NCBI GenBank assembly: GCA_048938855.1
Contig: JBHLLT010000038.1
Location: forward strand, 1,836 to 15,688
DNA from: Promethearchaeota archaeon
Lineage (GTDB): Archaea > Asgardarchaeota > Lokiarchaeia > Sigyniarchaeales > SOKP01
DNA: 13,853 nucleotides
Direction of reading: 5' to 3'
The notes under the pieces are model-generated. The model saw only the letters and a program-made list of their open reading frames with translations, did no database searches and was not told where the DNA came from. How positions within the stretch are numbered: position 1 is the first letter of the stretch; every line of letters begins with the position of its first letter. Shown here piece by piece: positions 8,123 to 13,853 of the stretch. A program made the position numbers and the translations under genes.

Positions 8123-8142
8123 ATGTTAAGCAAGCTTTACAT
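8123..8142. promoter_or_regulatory. Second palindromic putative operator ATGTTAAG-CAAG-CTTTACAT
   Basis: 8-bp arms with one mismatch; shares ATGT...TTACAT ends with the 8037-8055 site. Confidence 0.5.
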
Positions 8143-8346
8143 TATTTTTTATTGTATATCTTTTTAAAAATCTAAATTTTGTTCAACAGTAACCCAAAAA
8201 CTTAAATTTAAGATCAAATATTTTTTATGAATTTTCAGTTATTATGATAAAAATAGATATATTGTTCATTTTTCTTTTAGGATTTGTAATAAAATAGCCT
8301 TCTGTTTTTTGTCGTTTCGCTTTATACAATAATGGGAAATTAAGGG

Positions 8347-8359
8347 GAAAGTTTAAATA
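8347..8359 (+). promoter_or_regulatory. Putative BRE-TATA for the micro-protein gene
   Basis: GAAAG-TTTAAATA about 120 bp upstream of ATG 8481. Confidence 0.4.
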
Positions 8360-8480
8360 GACAAAATAGCTATTATTATTAATAAATATTAAAAATATTA
8401 TGATGTTATATCGTTCAGAGTATAAAATAATATTCTGAAAAATTGTTCACTAATAATAGAAAAGGTGATTACCAAAAAAG

Positions 8481-8669
8481 ATGAATAAATTTCCATGTGG
8501 TGTCAAACATAACTTTGATACTGGAGTTATAATTGAGAGTGATGATCGTAAGAAATATGAGTGGAATTGCTCTACTTGTTATTTGAAGGAAACTATACTT
8601 ACTAAGGAAGATTTCGAAGAATTTAAAATGAATGGAAGAGTTATTTGCCCTCTATTAACGTATGAGTAA
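8481..8669 (+). CDS. Small Cys/His-containing hypothetical protein (possible zinc-binding micro-protein)
   Basis: 62 aa standalone ORF with CGVKH, CSTC and CP motifs; GGTGA at 8464-8468; long T-tract right after the stop. Confidence 0.6.
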   Translation: MNKFPCGVKHNFDTGVIIESDDRKKYEWNCSTCYLKETILTKEDFEEFKMNGRVICPLLTYE

Positions 8670-8683
8670 TGTATTATTTTATG

Positions 8684-8702
8684 ATTTTTTTTTTCTTCTT
8701 TT
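8684..8702 (+). terminator. Oligo-T terminator downstream of the micro-protein gene
   Basis: T10 followed by CTTCTTTTT, about 15 bp after the stop; archaeal-type U-tract. Confidence 0.5.
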
Positions 8703-8788
8703 AAAAATATTCATATAAGCAATGTTTTTAAGAATTTTGGACTTAAGTTCACTTTTGAAAGTATGAAAAGTTTCCCAATTAATTTGAT

Positions 8789-9631
8789 TTAGAATTTTAT
8801 TGAGGATTCTAGAATTTTTTTCATTCCAAGATTATGAAAGTCAAGTAGTTGGGGTAACATTGATAATATTGCCATTGGGAGTGGAATTGGTATTGGAATT
8901 TTGAAGAAACTTTTTTTCCAATCAATTATCATTAACCCAAATATATCCTCTAAATGGATAGCAATTTCTTTAAGTATATGAAATGAATAGGCTTTTTTTT
9001 GTTCTTGTGGAAGAAAATTTTCAATGTTTTCAAGAATATTTTTAATAATATCAAATGCGGGGGCACTAAGGTAATATTTATTGATTCCAGAAAGTTGGTT
9101 TTCTAATTCTCCTATATCCTTATCATGAAATATTAATTTAATTTCAATTTCGTTCTTACGTTTATTTAAGATTGAAACTATTTTCTCATCATAATGAGAG
9201 AGAGGAAGAAATGAAATAATTGTTTCTTTGGCTGTATCTATCAACATATAGAGATATTCTTGAAGCACTGTTTCTCCCGCAATGCCGATAAAAGGTAAAT
9301 CTTCAGCTTCTTCTGTATCATAAATATTATCTATTATTTCAATACTTTTCTGCCCTAAATCCTGAATTTTACGAGAATAGTTTAGTAAATGTTCTTGAAT
9401 TACTTCTTTTGGCTTAATGAGGTACATTTTCTTTTTCTTTTTAGGATAAATATCAATGAAACCCTTTTGTTGAAGTTTAATCATTGTTTCGTAAATTTTG
9501 GGTTGAGGAACGCCACTGTATTTATGAATTTCATGAGCACTTAAGATTTTATAACGTATCAGGGTGGTGAGTGTTTGAGCTTCATATTGAGTAAAACCGA
9601 AGTTTTGCAGTAATTTTTCTAAATGATTCAT
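8789..9631 (-). CDS. TrmB family transcriptional regulator
   Basis: LQNFGFTQYEAQTLTTL...SAHEIHKYSGVPQPKIYETMIKLQQKGFI winged HTH; C-terminal effector domain remnants (IDTAKETIISFLP, LMIIDWKKSF). Confidence 0.92.
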   Translation of the reverse strand: MNHLEKLLQNFGFTQYEAQTLTTLIRYKILSAHEIHKYSGVPQPKIYETMIKLQQKGFIDIYPKKKKKMYLIKPKEVIQEHLLNYSRKIQDLGQKSIEIIDNIYDTEEAEDLPFIGIAGETVLQEYLYMLIDTAKETIISFLPLSHYDEKIVSILNKRKNEIEIKLIFHDKDIGELENQLSGINKYYLSAPAFDIIKNILENIENFLPQEQKKAYSFHILKEIAIHLEDIFGLMIIDWKKSFFKIPIPIPLPMAILSMLPQLLDFHNLGMKKILESSIKF

Positions 9632-9653
9632 ATCAAGCTAAATCTTCAAATTT

Positions 9654-9668
9654 CAAAATATTTATATA
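9654..9668 (+). promoter_or_regulatory. BRE-TATA for the ABC-2 operon
   Basis: CAAAATA-TTTATATA. Confidence 0.45.
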
Positions 9669-9680
9669 TGTTTTGCTATG

Positions 9681-9698
9681 TTACTACTAGAGTAGTAA
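9681..9698. promoter_or_regulatory. Perfect palindrome TTACTACT-AG-AGTAGTAA, putative TrmB operator
   Basis: 8-bp perfect arms in the divergent trmB/ABC intergenic region; TACT...AGTA half-sites resemble described TrmB-family motifs. Confidence 0.7.
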
Positions 9699-9700
9699 TA

Positions 9701-9713
9701 TATATAAATTTTT
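9701..9713 (-). promoter_or_regulatory. BRE-TATA for the TrmB gene
   Basis: Minus strand reads AAAAA-TTTATATA, about 70 bp upstream of ATG 9631. Confidence 0.45.
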
Positions 9714-9761
9714 ATATTCTGAATAATCATAAAAAATTTAGAATTTTTTAAGGTAATTAAT

Positions 9762-10781
9762 GTGTCAGTAAATGAGAAAGAAAATCTGGTCAATAATTCT
9801 AGCCAAAAATCTACTAACGTTCTTATCGAATTAAATCGGGTCAGCAAAAATTACCCTAATACCGTTGCATTGGACAATATTTCATTTCAGATTCATAAAG
9901 GAGAAATTTTCTGTTTAAATGGACCAAATGGAGCAGGAAAATCAACACTAGTAAAATTAATAACAGGACAGTTGAAGCAAACTAATGGAACAATTAAAGT
10001 TAAAGGCCGAGATCCTTATAATGAAAGAAAATCGTTATTTGGTGTGTTTGGTCTTGTCCCACAAGAAATAGCTTTATATAATGAACTTACTGGTCGTGAA
10101 AATTTAGAATTTCATGCAAGATTATATAATGTACCAAAATCTGAAATAAGTCCTAAAGTTGAGAAGTTATTAAAGCTTGCTGGTCTTTTTGAAAGGAGAA
10201 ATGATCGAGTTGGAACTTACTCAGGAGGAATGAAAAGACGTCTCCAATTAATCAGAGCATTACTCCATGAACCAGAACTTCTTATATTAGATGAACCAAC
10301 GTTAGGAGTAGACGTTCAGACACGTAGTGCAATTCATGAATATATTTTAGAATTAGCCAGTCAAGGAATGACAATATTAGTAACTACAAATTATATGGAA
10401 GAAGCTGAAAGATTAGCTGAAAATATTGTCATTCTAGATACAAAGATAATTGAAGGACCTGGACGCCTACGTGAGATACAAGAACGCGTATTTCCAAACA
10501 CTATTTTTGAATTTAAAACTACCTATAAGAGTCTCACTTCTGAGTTTTATGATCAGTTTCTTAAACAAGAATTAAATGGACAAATTATAATGGAAAAAAA
10601 CTTGAGCGAAACACACTCGTTTTTTCAAATTATGTTTGAATCAAATAATATTGAAGAAATTATTGAAAAATTTCTGGGATATACTAAATCCCATAATATC
10701 CCTATTGAGGAATTTGTATTTAAAAAACCAACATTAGAAGATATCTTTCTTAAACTTACCGGTAAGGAGTTTAGAGAGTAA
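9762..10781 (+). CDS. ABC-2 exporter ATP-binding subunit (DrrA-like)
   Basis: Walker A GPNGAGKST, Q-loop VPQE, signature YSGGMKRR, Walker B LILDEPT, C-terminal PTLEDIFLKLTG; GTG start; H-loop reads TTNY. Confidence 0.95.
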   Translation: MSVNEKENLVNNSSQKSTNVLIELNRVSKNYPNTVALDNISFQIHKGEIFCLNGPNGAGKSTLVKLITGQLKQTNGTIKVKGRDPYNERKSLFGVFGLVPQEIALYNELTGRENLEFHARLYNVPKSEISPKVEKLLKLAGLFERRNDRVGTYSGGMKRRLQLIRALLHEPELLILDEPTLGVDVQTRSAIHEYILELASQGMTILVTTNYMEEAERLAENIVILDTKIIEGPGRLREIQERVFPNTIFEFKTTYKSLTSEFYDQFLKQELNGQIIMEKNLSETHSFFQIMFESNNIEEIIEKFLGYTKSHNIPIEEFVFKKPTLEDIFLKLTGKEFRE

Positions 10782-11977
10782 TGAAAAAGAAGAATGAGCT
10801 AAATATTAAAAAAGGATACGTTACTAATCTAAAATTATGGTTTCATGATTTAAAAACGATATTACATAAGGATCTAATTTCTACTAAAAGAGTTAAGAAA
10901 TATTTTATAACTGCCATAATTCCTCCTTTGGTTATATTAATTGTTTTTTCAACCTTTTTACTAGTTGATAATCCTGAAACATATACAGTTATGGTAGTTG
11001 ATGATGATAATACTAAATATTCCAATATTATGGTTAATTACATAAGCAATATCACCAGTGAATTTGCTCCTTGGTTTAATGTAATAGAAATCGATTCTTA
11101 TGAAGATGCGAAAACAAAATTAGAAAATTATGAAGTTTTGGGACTTATTCACATTCCCACTGGATTCCAAGCAAATATCACTGCTAATAGTACATATATT
11201 AAAGGAGTTCTATATTTGGAAGTCCAAAATATAAATGATGATTATGTAAAAAATTATATTCAAAGATTAGATGAGGCTGTTCTCGCTTTCAATCAATATG
11301 TACATTTATCTAGTGGTCATGTAGATAATTTCGAGCTTATTGCGAAAAAGTCTTACGTAATTAATCAAGATGTAAGTCAAATAAAGGGGATAGTCATAGG
11401 TGTTATTGGAGTATATGGAATTGTATGTGGTCTATTATATGGAGGGTTAAATGTAGCAAAAGAATACAATGATGATACAATGATTGAAGTTATAATTAGC
11501 CCAATTAAGCGTAGTGCTTATATTGCATCAAAGCAATTAATAGCGGTTATTTTAGGGTCTATTGTCGTGTCAATTTTATCTCTTATCTTATTTTTGATAT
11601 TTAACATAGAATTTCGTGGTAATTTAGGAATAGTTATTTTAGCATTCCTCCTTTCAACCTGGTTTCATACATGTTTAGGTGGTTTAATTGGATTAAAATC
11701 AAAACATACGATGAACGTAATTCTAATAACGATAGTTATAGGAATTCTTTTTTGGTTTTTTTCAGGAGGATTTGCTCCCACAAGAATGTTAGGAGGTACA
11801 GTCTATTTAGTTTCAAGGTTCATTCCTGCAACTTACTGGATGGAGATTTTATTTTCAGAAACGTTATTACCAAACCTTTTTTATGTTTTACCTAGATTAG
11901 GGATTCTAGCAATATCGTGTATTTGTCTTACTATTCTTTTTTGGGTTTTAATTTCAAGGGAGGGATTTAAGTTATGA
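10781..11977 (+). CDS. ABC-2 type permease with large extracellular domain (ABC2_membrane_3-like)
   Basis: TM1, VMVVDDDNTKYS loop motif, EYNDDTMIEVIISPIKRSAYIASK coupling motif, FFSGGFAP, SRFIPATY; TAATG overlap with the ATPase. Confidence 0.92.
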   Translation: MKKKNELNIKKGYVTNLKLWFHDLKTILHKDLISTKRVKKYFITAIIPPLVILIVFSTFLLVDNPETYTVMVVDDDNTKYSNIMVNYISNITSEFAPWFNVIEIDSYEDAKTKLENYEVLGLIHIPTGFQANITANSTYIKGVLYLEVQNINDDYVKNYIQRLDEAVLAFNQYVHLSSGHVDNFELIAKKSYVINQDVSQIKGIVIGVIGVYGIVCGLLYGGLNVAKEYNDDTMIEVIISPIKRSAYIASKQLIAVILGSIVVSILSLILFLIFNIEFRGNLGIVILAFLLSTWFHTCLGGLIGLKSKHTMNVILITIVIGILFWFFSGGFAPTRMLGGTVYLVSRFIPATYWMEILFSETLLPNLFYVLPRLGILAISCICLTILFWVLISREGFKL

Positions 11978-13212
11978 TAAAAAAGGTTTCTAAGAAAAAG
12001 AATTCAACAATTGCTCTGCTTAAAAATGAGATCTCAAAAAATATTAAAATAATTTTCCGTGGTCCTTCTCGTACTTTATTGCTGATTTCTTTAATATTTC
12101 CAATAACCTATTTGTTTTTTATGAATATGATTTTTGGAGCTGTAAATTTTAATTACCCAATTGCTCTTGTAATTCCTGATTATAATTCTGATAACGAACT
12201 GAATTTTGCCTTAGAAAACAATGAGATCCCAAATGTCGAGGAATTCATGGATTATTTAAATAACAACGATTTAGTAGGCCCAACAATTGTAAAGAGCCAT
12301 ATACAAATGATCGGAATTTCAGCCCAGCAATTTGAAAACATATTAAAACTTGAGGAGATTGTTATGATTGCTATACTTCCTGAAAATTTTGAAAATATAA
12401 TACAATCTGTGAAAAATGGTACATGGACAGAGGGTAATGTTACAATTGAGTTAAGATGCTTAAATATTCATGAAGATTATCTCAAAAATCTATACTTTGG
12501 ATTTCAGAGAAAGCTAAAAGCATATTATGATAATGTTTTGTTTAATGAGACTGAAGTAATTTATGTTTATAGTGATGCTCATCCTGAAAGACAAACCTTC
12601 CCGCGAATGTGGACGATTGGTACAGAAGCAATAGTATTTGTTTGCTTAGTTTCTTCAATGATAATTGGCTCTGCATTTATATTTATTGAGAAAGGTAATA
12701 GAATGACTCCTGAACTTGCGCTTGCTACTGCACCAAATCAAAATTATACTTACTTGGGGAAAGTACTTTCAGCGAGTATTTTGAGTTTTATTATCAATTT
12801 TACATTAGGGACAACGATCATTTTTCTTTGGATTGGGATCCAGTTTCCAGTAAATTTTCTTGGCTTTTTATTAATTTCTTTCGGTTCTATTATTTTAGGG
12901 TCAATTCTAGGGACTTTCCTTGGAGCTTTAATCCCAGAACAAGTATATGCTTTCCCAATATCCTTGTTTACTGTACTTGCAACCCTTTTTTTATGTGGAG
13001 GATTTGTGTCTGTTGAAATGTTCGGTCCCCTTCTTCGTTCTATTGCTAATTGGATTCCTTTCACGTATCTCTATACTATTATGGGAAATACTGTATTAAC
13101 CGGAGATGCAGCTAGTGTGATTCAGATTCTTGGTTTAATTGGCTATATTATATTATTTTTTGGTTTAGGTTTAATAATATATCGAAGATTTGTAATAAAA
13201 CCTAAAAATTAA
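11974..13212 (+). CDS. ABC-2 type permease, second subunit
   Basis: TM1, PIALV loop start, EKGNRMTPELALATAP...YLGK, FLCGGFVS, ANWIPFTY; ATGA overlap with the preceding permease. Confidence 0.92.
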   Translation: MIKKVSKKKNSTIALLKNEISKNIKIIFRGPSRTLLLISLIFPITYLFFMNMIFGAVNFNYPIALVIPDYNSDNELNFALENNEIPNVEEFMDYLNNNDLVGPTIVKSHIQMIGISAQQFENILKLEEIVMIAILPENFENIIQSVKNGTWTEGNVTIELRCLNIHEDYLKNLYFGFQRKLKAYYDNVLFNETEVIYVYSDAHPERQTFPRMWTIGTEAIVFVCLVSSMIIGSAFIFIEKGNRMTPELALATAPNQNYTYLGKVLSASILSFIINFTLGTTIIFLWIGIQFPVNFLGFLLISFGSIILGSILGTFLGALIPEQVYAFPISLFTVLATLFLCGGFVSVEMFGPLLRSIANWIPFTYLYTIMGNTVLTGDAASVIQILGLIGYIILFFGLGLIIYRRFVIKPKN

Positions 13213-13213
13213 A

Positions 13214-13853
13214 TCAAAAGAGCAGCGCCTTAAAAAATTTTGGACTTAAAGTTATTTTTGAAAGAGCAGGAAGCTTACCAAACCACTTTTCTCCAACATA
13301 TCTATCATTACTCGTGTTATGTGTAGAAAGATCGTGGTTTATATATGCCTCATAAATATATTTTCTTGCTAATTTATTTTCATTAAGTAATTCTGTATAC
13401 AATCGCCATATAGATTTTACATATGAGCTATCATTATAAATTAAGTACTCTAGTGCATTTCCATTCTTATAATATGTAAATAAGATACGTTTAACTTCGT
13501 GATCATATTTACTTAATTCTATCCGGCTAAAGTTGCTGTCGTTTTCTAATAAGGGTTTTAATGTGTTAGATGCAATATGAGCCGTTGCTACTCCTGGTAA
13601 CATCCCTTCATAAAAGAACGCAGTTACTAAACCTGCTGCTTCACCTAAAACAAGGACTCGATCATTTGAGAAGTTTTTAATAGGGTGTTTAGAGATTTCC
13701 CCCACGACTGCTGTGGATAAATCGTATTTCAATCCATTTACAAAATGTTGAATAGGTTTATAATTTTTTAGAATTCTATCGAGTTTTGATAAAATTTCAT
13801 CCTTCGATTCATTTTTTTTCCCTAGATATCCTGTTGCCACTCTTTCTAAACCT
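13214..13853 (-). CDS. FAD-dependent oxidoreductase, geranylgeranyl reductase-like; C-terminal part, start lies beyond the window
   Basis: DRVLVLGEAAGLVTAFFYEGMLPGVATAHIA resembles the GGR/FixC GDAAG...EG motif; frame stays open past the track's GTG at 13840 (GLERVATG) to the window end. Confidence 0.8.
   Translation of the reverse strand, partial: GLERVATGYLGKKNESKDEILSKLDRILKNYKPIQHFVNGLKYDLSTAVVGEISKHPIKNFSNDRVLVLGEAAGLVTAFFYEGMLPGVATAHIASNTLKPLLENDSNFSRIELSKYDHEVKRILFTYYKNGNALEYLIYNDSSYVKSIWRLYTELLNENKLARKYIYEAYINHDLSTHNTSNDRYVGEKWFGKLPALSKITLSPKFFKALLF

Noticed and set aside
7923-8480. Long intergenic region as CRISPR array, tRNA, ncRNA or replication origin
   Set aside because: No regularly spaced direct repeats, cloverleaf or GC-rich structured segment seen, and no cdc6/orc1 nearby; explained by divergent promoters and operators
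9760-9771. ATG-TGT-CAG-TAA mini-ORF overlapping the GTG start of the ATPase
   Set aside because: Easily arises by chance; no evidence for regulation, though it leaves the true start slightly uncertain
9662-9847. 61-aa - strand ORF
   Set aside because: Overlaps the ATPase start and the promoter/operator region; low-complexity AT-driven composition
10843-13064. Short ORFs inside the permeases (10843-11025, 11671-11895, 12750-13064, 12828-13016)
   Set aside because: Alternative-frame or antisense ORFs within well-supported genes
13838-13840. GTG start given by the ORF track for the oxidoreductase
   Set aside because: Frame is open to the window end and the N-terminal FAD-binding motif is missing, so the real start is outside

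Overview
AT-rich (roughly 30% GC by eye), gene-dense archaeal window. TrmB-family regulator, geranylgeranyl-reductase-like gene, BRE/TATA-like promoters and GGTGA/GGAGG ribosome-binding sites point to an archaeon; the composition and protein style suggest Asgard (Lokiarchaeia-like), which is an inference. Order: truncated YtcJ-like amidohydrolase (-), DUF3795-like Cys-rich protein (-), 780-aa helical-repeat/TPR protein (+), a minus-strand four-gene cluster (membrane bPH_2/YdbS-like protein fused to an XRE HTH, a tandem-HTH XRE regulator, ABC ATPase, 537-aa permease), a standalone 62-aa Cys/His micro-protein (+), a TrmB regulator (-) divergent from an ABC-2 exporter operon (ATPase plus two permeases, +), and a truncated FAD-dependent GGR-like oxidoreductase (-). 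The best candidate for an undescribed system is the membrane-anchored PH-XRE fusion paired with a closely related soluble XRE repressor, palindromic operators and an ABC exporter. No rRNA, tRNA, CRISPR array or mobile element was recognised.
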